Part shown: in pieces, positions 35,032 to 42,575 of the stretch
Numbering within the stretch: the stretch's first letter is position 1
Layout: every line of letters starts with the position of its first letter
DNA from: Thermodesulfobacteriota bacterium
GTDB taxonomy: Bacteria > DASVDK01
NCBI GenBank assembly: GCA_036381125.1
Contig: DASVDK010000379.1
Span: 1 to 57,088 of the forward strand
DNA: 57,088 nucleotides
Direction: 5' to 3'
Program-made: the position numbers and the translations under genes
Notes under the pieces: generated by a model
What the model was told of the DNA's origin: nothing
Database searches by the model: none
What the model saw: the letters and a program-made list of their open reading frames with translations, nothing else

Positions 35032-36669
35032 ATGCCGGAGCCTCTCCGCGGCCCCGCGGCGCTCGACGCGCCGCGCCGGGTCGGTCTCGCACCCGCGCTC
35101 ACCTCGGCGCCCCTCGTCGCCATGGCCGCCTACTGGATCGCCGTCACGCCGGCACGGGGCCCCTTCTGGCTCTCGTGGGACGACGCGTCCTACTTCGTCC
35201 GCTCTCAGCGCCTCTACCTGCTCGAGGCCGCCGGCGACTGGCGCGAGGCGCTGCGCCTCCTCCGCTCGTTCCAGTTCCTGCCGCCGCTCCACTCGCTGCT
35301 CGCCTCGGCGCTCTACCACGCCGCCGGCCCGACCCCGTACGCCCTCACGGCGCTCTCGCTTGCCGCCTGGCTGGCCAGCGTCGGTCTCGCCGCCCGGCTC
35401 GGCGCCAGGCAGCTCGGCTCGGCCGGCGGGCTCGCGATGCTCGTCCTCGCGGCCTCCGCACCGCTCGGCCAGGACCTCGCCGTCCGGCCGATGCTCGAGT
35501 CCTTCGGCGCCCTGCTCACCGTCGGCTTCGTGCTGCTCTACTTCACCCCGGAGGGCGCGCTCGCCTCCGGCGGTCGGCGCGTCGCCGCGGGGCTCGTCCT
35601 CACCGCCGCGATCTTCACCAAGTACAACTACGGCCTCTATCTCCTCCTCGGCCTCCTCGCCTACCACGGCGCGTGCCTCGCGGCCGCCCTGCGCCAGGAC
35701 CGCCCGCGGCCGGCCCGGTCCGAGGCTGCGACGGCGTGTCGCTTCGTGCTGCTCTACGCCGGCATCCCGGTGCTCCTCTGGTGCCTCGCGATCGGCCGGC
35801 CCGGCGTCGAGGCGGCCGTGCGCTTCTTCGTGAACAGCCCCAACAGCGCCTACCCGCGCACCGACCTCCGCTTCTGGCTGTTCTACGTGCAGGCGATCCC
35901 GCACGCCTACTTCGTCTCGCCGCTCGCCGGCTGGGCCGCGCTCGGCCTTGCCGCGTACCGCATCGCGGCATATCGGCGGCTCCCCGCGGTCGAGCGGTGG
36001 CTCGCGGGGTACGCGGTCGCGGTCGTCGCGCTCATGACCGTGAACCCGAACCACCAGGCCCGATACGTCTTCACCGTCATGCCCGGCCTCTGGCTTCTCG
36101 CGCTCGCCGCGCTGGCGCCCCTGGCGCGCCGCGCCGGGCGGCAGCCCGCCGCTCGCGGCATCGCCCTCGCCGGCCTCCTCGCGCTCGGCGCCTGGTCGGT
36201 CGGCTCCACCTGGGTCCGCGCCGTGGACGACGCGCAGGCCCGGCAGGTGGTCAACGCCTCCCGCCTCGGCCCGGCGCTCGACTTCCTGCGGGCCAGGGCC
36301 GACGCCGCGGGCGGCATCGCGATCGTCGGCACGTTCGACCAGCTCTCCGCGCCGCTGATCGTCTCGGACTACCTGGCGCGCCGAACGATCGACCGCACGT
36401 CCGGCCGGCCGGACCTGAGCCTCGACGGCGCGGCCCGTGCCGACCCCGCGGCCGCCTTCGCCGCCTGGCAGGCCCGGCAGCCGCGCGATCACGAGGTCGT
36501 GACGATCGAGGTCCTGCCCGGCAGCCCGTACCGGACGCACGACTACGAGCGGGCGAACGCCGCGAAGACGCCCGGGATCCTGCGACTCCTGGGGGCCGCC
36601 TACCGGGTCGCGGACGAGCGGATCCTCCCCGACGCCGGCCTGCGCTTGCGGGCGTGGCGGCCGTCGTGA
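35032..36669 (+). CDS. polytopic membrane protein, GT-C fold glycosyltransferase-like (ArnT/PMT-like)
   Basis: ORF 35032..36669 with ATG 5 nt after GGAGGG. About 10 or more TM segments followed by a soluble C-terminal domain. The family call rests on architecture only. Confidence 0.7.
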   Translation: MPEPLRGPAALDAPRRVGLAPALTSAPLVAMAAYWIAVTPARGPFWLSWDDASYFVRSQRLYLLEAAGDWREALRLLRSFQFLPPLHSLLASALYHAAGPTPYALTALSLAAWLASVGLAARLGARQLGSAGGLAMLVLAASAPLGQDLAVRPMLESFGALLTVGFVLLYFTPEGALASGGRRVAAGLVLTAAIFTKYNYGLYLLLGLLAYHGACLAAALRQDRPRPARSEAATACRFVLLYAGIPVLLWCLAIGRPGVEAAVRFFVNSPNSAYPRTDLRFWLFYVQAIPHAYFVSPLAGWAALGLAAYRIAAYRRLPAVERWLAGYAVAVVALMTVNPNHQARYVFTVMPGLWLLALAALAPLARRAGRQPAARGIALAGLLALGAWSVGSTWVRAVDDAQARQVVNASRLGPALDFLRARADAAGGIAIVGTFDQLSAPLIVSDYLARRTIDRTSGRPDLSLDGAARADPAAAFAAWQARQPRDHEVVTIEVLPGSPYRTHDYERANAAKTPGILRLLGAAYRVADERILPDAGLRLRAWRPS

Positions 36670-36878
36670 CGCCGGGATCGCCGCCTTGCCGTGAATCGAG
36701 GCGGCGACGTGACGGTCCGTCCGTCCGGGGGCCCCGAATGCGTAACGCGAGTCCCTCGGCTCCCGACCCGATACCGAGCGGTCCGAACGTCGGGCCGATC
36801 GACCGGTCATCCGTTGCGTGAGGCGTCGGGGTCGAATAGTCTGGTCGCGTCCCAGGGAGGGTCCGCGGAGGCCGAGCC

Positions 36879-38375
36879 ATGCGCGCGCCTCTCTTCCTCC
36901 CTTTCCGACTGCTCGTTCTCGCTCTCACCTTCGTCATCGGCGTCGTCCTCGCCGGCTGCGGAGCGGCCGACCCCCCGGCGCCCGGCGCGAGCGGCGAGGT
37001 GGTGTCGCCGGCCGCGATCCCCCTCGTTCTGGCGCCGACCCGCATCTACTTCGTCTCCGCCCGGGATGGGAACCAGGAAGTCTACGTGATGCAGGGTGAT
37101 GGATCCGGGGCGACCAACCTCACCGCCGACCCGGCCCACGATCACGGCCCGATCGTGAGCCTGGACGGTCGTCGCCTCGCCTTCACGCGCACCCGACAGG
37201 TCTCCGCCGGCTCTCGCGGGTTCGCGATGGAGGCCGACGGCTCGGACGTGACGCCGCTCCCGGACCCCGGCGAGAACCTGTTCCGCCGCGTGGCCGCCGT
37301 CAGCCCCGACGGCAGCCGCGTGGCCTACGTCCTCGAGTCCGCCGCGTCGGGCGACCAGGCGCTCCACGTCGCCGACGTCGACGAGGGCGTCGAGCAGCGA
37401 GTCGCGCAGGCCAGGGGGAGCAGCTTCCCCGGCGTCGCCTTCAGCCCGGACGGCCGCCGCCTGCTCTTCGTCGTCGAGGACGAGCTCCGCCTCTTCGACC
37501 TCGAGGAGCGCCGCGTCGCCTGGCGCCTGCAGGGGAGCTTCGGCGGCGTGAGCTTCAGCCCCGACGGCTCGCGGATCGCGGTCGTGGCCGACGGGGACCT
37601 GCACGTGCTCGACGCCGATGGCACCGGGCTTACGCCGCTAACGGCCACGGTGCGTCCCGAGTCGGACCCGGTCTGGAGCCCGAAGGGCGGCCAGATCGCC
37701 TTCGTCCGGCATACCCGGGGCGTGGAGGGCTACCGGGACCTGGGGACCGAGGTCTACGTCATCGACGCCGACGGCTCCGACGAGCGCAACCTCACCGGGC
37801 ACGAGGCCGACGACTTCGGGCCGGTCTGGAGCCCGGACGGCGAGTGGCTCGCCTTCACCAGCGACCGGGACGAGGACGAGGAGATCTACGCCGTCCGTGC
37901 CGACGGCTCCGGTCTCACCCGGCTCACGCGGAGCCCTGGCCAGGACGAGGTCGCCGCCTGGCGGCCCGCACCGCGCGCCCAGGTCGTCCGCCACGTCGGC
38001 GACACCTACGAGATCCTGGTCGACGACGGCCGCCACGACCTGTCCTTCGCCATCCGTGACGCATGCGAGGGCGTCCCCTACACCGAGCTGAACGGGCGGA
38101 CCTGCCAGTTCACCAACCGCCGCTCGACGATCTGGGTCATGACGCATCGCTGGCGGGTGGACGGTGTCGAGTACGGGCCGCAGCCCGACGGGACGCCGTG
38201 CACCGGGGCGGTCCCCGAGCCGCCGGACCCGGCGCACCGGGAGCTGGTCGTCCAGATCGTCGTTCGCGACCAGGTGGGCAGCCGCTTCCGAGCGGACCTG
38301 CAGTGGAGCGGGCGGGACGACGTGTGCGTCCCGGCCGCCGGGGAGCTCACGATCGACGCCCTTGTCGACGAGTGA
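36879..38375 (+). CDS. lipoprotein with TolB-like (PD40/WD40-like) beta-propeller repeats and a Cys-containing C-terminal domain
   Basis: ORF 36879..38375. Lipobox VLAGC. Repeated units such as IYFVSARDGNQEVYVMQGDGSGATNLT, SPDGRRLLFV, WSPKGGQIAFV, WSPDGEWLAFTSDRDEDEEIYAVRADGSGLTRLT. Confidence 0.85.
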   Translation: MRAPLFLPFRLLVLALTFVIGVVLAGCGAADPPAPGASGEVVSPAAIPLVLAPTRIYFVSARDGNQEVYVMQGDGSGATNLTADPAHDHGPIVSLDGRRLAFTRTRQVSAGSRGFAMEADGSDVTPLPDPGENLFRRVAAVSPDGSRVAYVLESAASGDQALHVADVDEGVEQRVAQARGSSFPGVAFSPDGRRLLFVVEDELRLFDLEERRVAWRLQGSFGGVSFSPDGSRIAVVADGDLHVLDADGTGLTPLTATVRPESDPVWSPKGGQIAFVRHTRGVEGYRDLGTEVYVIDADGSDERNLTGHEADDFGPVWSPDGEWLAFTSDRDEDEEIYAVRADGSGLTRLTRSPGQDEVAAWRPAPRAQVVRHVGDTYEILVDDGRHDLSFAIRDACEGVPYTELNGRTCQFTNRRSTIWVMTHRWRVDGVEYGPQPDGTPCTGAVPEPPDPAHRELVVQIVVRDQVGSRFRADLQWSGRDDVCVPAAGELTIDALVDE

Positions 38376-38410
38376 GGCGGTCGACGCCGCCCATTCCGGC
38401 CAGATCTCTT

Positions 38411-38518
38411 CCAGGGGGTCAGGTCTTTCCATTTTCCAGGGGGTCAGGCCTTTCCATTTTCCAGGGGGTCAGGTCTTGCCGTTTTCCAGGGGGTCAGGTC
38501 TTGCCGTTTTCCAGGCGG
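38411..38518. repeat. 25-bp tandem direct repeat, 4 full units plus a partial fifth
   Basis: Units start at 38411, 38436, 38461 and 38486, with a partial unit at 38511. The consensus is CCAGGGGGTCAGGTCTTTCCATTTT (units 3 and 4 have TTGCCG in place of TTTCCA). The period is not a multiple of 3 and there are no spacers. Confidence 0.9.
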
Positions 38519-38598
38519 CACGCGTCCGGGTCTGCCCGCACTCGCCTTCCACGGGCCGCTGCCGCCCCTTCCCTCGCGCTTCATGCCACGGTGAGCGA

Positions 38599-38624
38599 CC
38601 CAACTCGGTCTGGACCGAGTTGGG
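38599..38624. repeat. palindrome P1: CCCAACTCGGTC-TG-GACCGAGTTGGG
   Basis: 12-bp perfect arms. It shares the 22-nt pattern AACTCGGT-N4-ACCGAGTTGG with 40022..40043. Confidence 0.85.
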
Positions 38625-38846
38625 GAAGCGGCACGGCGCGTGCGTCCTCGAAGAATCCTCTTGACAGCTTGCGATCACGACGCAGCCGCGTGGCGCGGAG
38701 GCCGCGTGGACAGGCCCTGTGCGGCCGGCCATCGCCCGCCGGGCGCGACTTCGAGGCACGAGGGCCGCGTCGAGATGGTCGGAGCCGCGCGCGCCGCACG
38801 GAGGCGCGCCGGGAGCCCGCCGAAACCCTCGTGATAGAAACGAAGC

Positions 38847-40067
38847 ATGACGTCTACGAGCATGCTTTCGTCTCTGACGGAACTCTCCGACGCCGACCTC
38901 CTCGCCCAGGTCACACGGCTCGCCGCCCGGGAGCGCGAGGCGACCGTCGCGCTGATTGCGCACCTCGCCGAGCTCGACGCCCGGCGGCTCTACCTGGCCG
39001 AGGGGTACCCGTCGCTCTTCGCCTACGGCACCCAGGTCCTCCACCTCTCCGAGCACGCCGCCTACGGGCGGATCGAGGCGGCGCGCGCGGCGCGGCGCTT
39101 TCCCGTCGTCCTCGAGCGCCTTGCCGACGGGTCGCTCACGCTCACGACCGTGACGCTCCTGGCGCCGCACCTCACGGCCGAGAATCACCTGGCGCTCCTG
39201 GACCAGGCCCGGCACAGGAGCCGGCGGGAGGTCGAGGCGCTGGTGGCGGCGCTCCGCCCCCAGCCGCCCGTGCCCGCCTCGGTGCGCCGCCTGCCGGTGC
39301 CGCGGACGGCGCCGGCGGCACCCACGCCTCCGGCGCAAACGGCGACGGTCGGCTCGCCCGAGTTGGTCCACTCGGCGGCCGCGTCACCGCCGGCCCCGGC
39401 GCCCTCCGCAGCCACGTCGGCGCTGGTGCCGACGTCACCGGTGCCGGCCGTTCCCCCAACCCCGCCGGTACCTGCCCCCGCCCCGACTCCGCCTGTACGA
39501 CCGCCGGTCGTTACCCCCCTGGCGTCCGAGCGCTACCGGGTGCAGTTCACGGCGAGCGCCGAGACGCACGCGAAGCTGCGCCTCGCCCAGGACCTCCTGC
39601 GCCACCAGATCCCCGACGGCGACGTCGCCCAGGTCCTCGACCGCGCGCTCACCGTCCTCGTCGACACGCTCCTCAAGCAGAAGATCGCGGCCACCGACCG
39701 GCCGCGGGCGGGGACGCTCCCGAGGCCGGGCTCGCGGCACATCCCGGCGGCGGTGAGGCGAGCGGTGTGGGCACGCGACGGCGGGCGGTGCGCCTTCGTG
39801 AGCCGGACGGGGCGCCGGTGCGCCGAGCGGGGCTTTCTCGAGTTCCACCACGTGCGGCCGTACGCGGAAGGTGGCCCGGCGACGGTCGACAACATCGAAC
39901 TGCGCTGCCGGGCGCACAACGGGTACGAGGCGGAGCGGGTCTTCGGCCCTCGGGGCGCGTCGCTCGTGCGGGAGCCGGCGGCCGTCTACGTCGCGGCTCG
40001 CCGGGTCGCCGCCTGGCGGCGAACTCGGTTCGAACCGAGTTGGACGGCGGCCGGCCGGCCGCCGTAG
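38847..40067 (+). CDS. HNH endonuclease with DUF222-like N-terminal domain
   Basis: ORF 38847..40067. N-terminal LSDADLLAQVTRLAAREREATVALIAHLAELDARRLYLAEGYPSLFAY. C-terminal HNH motif: RCAFVSRTGRRCAERGFLEFHHVRPYAEGGPATVDNIELRCRAHN. Confidence 0.85.
   Translation: MTSTSMLSSLTELSDADLLAQVTRLAAREREATVALIAHLAELDARRLYLAEGYPSLFAYGTQVLHLSEHAAYGRIEAARAARRFPVVLERLADGSLTLTTVTLLAPHLTAENHLALLDQARHRSRREVEALVAALRPQPPVPASVRRLPVPRTAPAAPTPPAQTATVGSPELVHSAAASPPAPAPSAATSALVPTSPVPAVPPTPPVPAPAPTPPVRPPVVTPLASERYRVQFTASAETHAKLRLAQDLLRHQIPDGDVAQVLDRALTVLVDTLLKQKIAATDRPRAGTLPRPGSRHIPAAVRRAVWARDGGRCAFVSRTGRRCAERGFLEFHHVRPYAEGGPATVDNIELRCRAHNGYEAERVFGPRGASLVREPAAVYVAARRVAAWRRTRFEPSWTAAGRPP
40022..40043. repeat. palindrome P2: AACTCGGTTCGAACCGAGTT(GG)
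   Basis: 10-bp perfect arms, inside the last 46 nt of the HNH CDS. The 8-bp arm cores are identical to P1. Confidence 0.85.
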
Positions 40068-40109
40068 GGCGCGAGGCCGGCGGGGCGGCCGGAGGGATTC
40101 GTGAAGGAT

Positions 40110-40186
40110 TGGTGCCCCTGGCCGGAATCGAACCGACGGCACGCGGTTTAGGAAACCGCTGCTCTATCCAACTGAGCTACAGGGGC
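40110..40186 (-). tRNA. tRNA-Arg (anticodon CCT), CCA encoded
   Basis: The reverse complement is GCCCCTGTAGCTCAGTTGGATAGAGCAGCGGTTTCCTAAACCGCGTGCCGTCGGTTCGATTCCGGCCAGGGGCACCA. All four stems pair, and the anticodon loop is TTCCTAA. Confidence 0.95.
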
Positions 40187-40263
40187 GTACGGGTGGTCCG
40201 ATGGGAAGCGTACGACCCTTCAGGGTACCGCACGCGGCCCGGGCCTTCAAACGGCTGCGCCCG

Positions 40264-40294
40264 GCGCGCCCGGTCACCGGCCCGCCGGGCGCGC
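40264..40294 (-). terminator. GC-rich hairpin downstream of apt (possible terminator)
   Basis: GCGCGCCCGG (40264-40273) pairs with CCGGGCGCGC (40285-40294) across an 11-nt loop. No U-tract. Confidence 0.3.
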
Positions 40295-40339
40295 GCGGGA
40301 GGGCGGCGCAGAAGGCGGCCATGGCGCCGGCGCCTGCGC

Positions 40340-40855
40340 TCAGAACTTCAGCAGCGCCGACACCGGGTGCGGCTTGAGGCGCTCGCGGCCGCCGAGGCCC
40401 TCGATCTCCATGAGGAACGTGCACTCGACGACCTTGCCGCCGAGCTTCTTGACGAGGTCGATGCAGGCGGCGACGGTGCCGCCGGTGGCGAGGACGTCGT
40501 CGGCGATGAGGACGCGCTGGCCGGGGCGGATGGCGTCCTCGTGGATCTCGAGGGTGTCCTCGCCGTACTCGAGCTGGTAGCTCACCTTCTGCGTCCGGTA
40601 CGGGAGCTTCCCCGGCTTGCGGACGATGACGACCCCGGTGCCGAGCTTGTAGGCGAGGGCCGAGCCGATGATGAAGCCGCGCGCCTCCACGCCGAGCACG
40701 ACGTCCACGTGCTGGCCGATGAAGCGGTGCGCCATGAGGTCGATCGTGCGCTGGTAGGACTGCGCGTCCTGCAGGAGCGTCGTGATGTCCCGGAAGACGA
40801 CCCCCTTCTTCGGGAAGTCCGGGATGCTGCGGACGACCTTCGCTAGCTGGTCCAT
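40340..40855 (-). CDS. apt: adenine phosphoribosyltransferase
   Basis: ORF 40340..40921, from ATG 40855 ([28 protein letters not shown]). PRPP motif [13 protein letters not shown]. Confidence 0.9.
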   Translation of the reverse strand: MDQLAKVVRSIPDFPKKGVVFRDITTLLQDAQSYQRTIDLMAHRFIGQHVDVVLGVEARGFIIGSALAYKLGTGVVIVRKPGKLPYRTQKVSYQLEYGEDTLEIHEDAIRPGQRVLIADDVLATGGTVAACIDLVKKLGGKVVECTFLMEIEGLGGRERLKPHPVSALLKF

Positions 40856-41520
40856 GATGCCGTCGCCTCCTCCCCGGCCGGCGTGCCGAACCCGTCGCCG
40901 ATGAACTCCACGAACTTGCACGGACCGAGCGACTCCTCGACGACCGGCCCGCCCGACACCGGCTTGCGCAGCCGCACGAGGGTCTGCCCGGTCGCGGGGC
41001 CGATCGGGATGACGAGCCGGCCGCCGGGTGCGAGCTGCTCGACGAGGGCGCGCGGGACCGACGGCGCGGCGGCGGCGGCGAGGATGGCGTCGAACGGCGC
41101 CTCCTCGCGCCAGCCGAAGGAGCCGTCGCGCTGCCAGATGACCACGTTGTGGTACCCGAGTTCGTCGAGGAGGCGGCGCGCCTTGAAGGCGAGCGACGGC
41201 ACCCGCTCGAGCGAGTAGACCTTCTCCGACAGCTCGGCGAGGACGGCCGTCTGGTAGCCGGAGCCGGTCCCGACCTCGAGCACCCGCTCGCGTCCGGTCA
41301 GCTCGAGCGCCTCGGTCATCCGCGCGACGGTGAGCGGCTGGCTGATCGTCTGCTTCTCGCCGATCGGCAGCGGGTGGTCGCCGTAGGCCCGGTCGCGGAA
41401 GGGCTCCTCCACGAAGCGGTGCCGCGGGATCCTCGACATGGCCGCGAGGACGCGCACGTCGGAGACGCCGCGTGCGGCAATGGCCTCCACCATGCGCTGG
41501 CGGGCTCTGGGCAGGTCCAT
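40843..41520 (-). CDS. pcm: protein-L-isoaspartate O-methyltransferase
   Basis: ORF 40843..41592, from ATG 41520. [33 protein letters not shown]. Confidence 0.9.
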   Translation of the reverse strand: MDLPRARQRMVEAIAARGVSDVRVLAAMSRIPRHRFVEEPFRDRAYGDHPLPIGEKQTISQPLTVARMTEALELTGRERVLEVGTGSGYQTAVLAELSEKVYSLERVPSLAFKARRLLDELGYHNVVIWQRDGSFGWREEAPFDAILAAAAAPSVPRALVEQLAPGGRLVIPIGPATGQTLVRLRKPVSGGPVVEESLGPCKFVEFIGDGFGTPAGEEATASWTS

Positions 41521-41547
41521 TACGAGAACGCGCGACGCGCGTGTGCG

Positions 41548-41624
41548 TGGTCGGGGCGCCGGGATTTGAACCCGGGACCCCTGGCCCCCCATGCCAGTGC
41601 GCTACCAGGCTGCGCTACGCCCCG
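41548..41624 (-). tRNA. tRNA-Pro (anticodon GGG), CCA encoded
   Basis: The reverse complement is CGGGGCGTAGCGCAGCCTGGTAGCGCACTGGCATGGGGGGCCAGGGGTCCCGGGTTCAAATCCCGGCGCCCCGACCA. The cloverleaf pairs fully, and the anticodon loop is ATGGGGG. Confidence 0.95.
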
Positions 41625-41780
41625 ACTCGATGTGCGGCGGGTGTCCGGCAAGGACGCCTCCGTGGGGGACGGAGACCGCGGCCGGGCCGCGACGGCCCGC
41701 ACCGCAGCACGTGAGTGTACCTCGAAACGCCGCCGGCGGCAGGGCCGGAGGCAAGACGAGCGCACTCTAGCACAACTTCG

Positions 41781-42176
41781 TCAGTCGTCGAGCATCGCCC
41801 GGAGCGACCGGAGCGCATCGCGCAGGCCGATGAGGCGCGCGTGCAGCGCCGCGCGGTCGCCTGGCGCGACGGCGCGCTCGGCGGCCGGCTCTGCGCCCGG
41901 CTCCGTCCGGGGCCCGTCCGCGAGGGCCTGGCCGGACTCGAGCCGCGCGCGGGCGCCCGCGATGGTGTAGCGCTCCGTGTAGAGGAGCCGCTTGATGACG
42001 AGGATCCGCTCGACGTCCTCACGCCGGTAGAGTCGCTGGTTCGCGCGGGTCTTGGTGGGCGCGACCTGCGGGAACTCGCTCTCCCAGTACCGGAGGACGT
42101 ACGGCTTGACGCCGGTCAGCCGGCTGACTTCCCCGATGCGGAAGTAGGGCTTCTGCGGGACCGACGGGTCGTCCAC
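41781..42176 (-). CDS. MerR family transcriptional regulator
   Basis: ORF 41781..42176 (GTG start). YFRIGEVSRLTGVKPYVLRYWESEF is a MerR-type HTH. It sits in the conserved position after ihfA. Confidence 0.85.
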   Translation of the reverse strand: MDDPSVPQKPYFRIGEVSRLTGVKPYVLRYWESEFPQVAPTKTRANQRLYRREDVERILVIKRLLYTERYTIAGARARLESGQALADGPRTEPGAEPAAERAVAPGDRAALHARLIGLRDALRSLRAMLDD

Positions 42177-42195
42177 GTGGACCGTGCGCTCGGCG

Positions 42196-42549
42196 CTAGC
42201 CCTGCGCCGGGGTCGTCTGCGACGTGCCGCTCGCCGCCGGGGCCGCCGGGCTGTTGGCCGGGGCGGGCGTCAGGTGCTGGTTGAGCGTGTTCTTGAGCAC
42301 CTGGCTCGGCTTGAACGTCAGGACCTTCCGCGCGGAGATGCGGATCTCCTGGCCGGTCTGCGGGTTGCGCCCCCGACGCGACTTCTTCTCGCGCACGACG
42401 AAGTTGCCGAAGCCGGCGATCTTGATCTTCTCGCCTTCCTCGAGCGTCTGCTTGATGATCTCGAAGACCAGCTCGACCAGCTCGGCCGACTCCTTCTTCG
42501 AGAACCCCACCCGCTCGTAGATGCTCTCGACGAGATCTGCTTTGGTCAT
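42196..42549 (-). CDS. ihfA: integration host factor alpha subunit
   Basis: 3' part of ORF 42196..43143, from ATG 42549 after AGGAGGGA. MTKADLVESIYERVGFSKKESAELVELVFE, KIAGFGNF, GRNPQTG. Confidence 0.9.
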   Translation of the reverse strand: MTKADLVESIYERVGFSKKESAELVELVFEIIKQTLEEGEKIKIAGFGNFVVREKKSRRGRNPQTGQEIRISARKVLTFKPSQVLKNTLNQHLTPAPANSPAAPAASGTSQTTPAQG

Positions 42550-42575
42550 GCTTCCCTCCTTTCCTCCACCTCCCG

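Larger units (their letters stand above)
38599..40043 (+). mobile_element. candidate HNH-endonuclease cassette delimited by matching palindromes
   Basis: A DUF222-type HNH gene bracketed by P1 and P2, next to a tRNA gene and a tandem repeat array. There is no transposase or integrase, so mobility is only an inference. Confidence 0.3.

Noticed and set aside
33277-36810. The 1177-aa minus-strand ORF, considered as a single large gene
   Set aside because: Only short internal segments look like real protein (a cyclase fragment and some TPR). The rest is antisense to the convincing plus-strand membrane protein 35032..36669 or is out-of-frame pseudogene sequence.
38393-38403. ATTCCGGCCAG, an 11-nt match to the T-arm/acceptor part of tRNA-Arg(CCT), considered as a possible att site marking the other end of an island
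   Set aside because: The match is on the opposite strand relative to the tRNA gene, whereas att repeats should be direct. It is only 11 nt long in a GC-rich genome, and it lies 1.7 kb rather than an island length away. Probably chance.
38411-38518. CRISPR array
   Set aside because: The 25-bp units are directly abutting with no spacers, there are only 4.3 copies, and no cas genes are present in the window.
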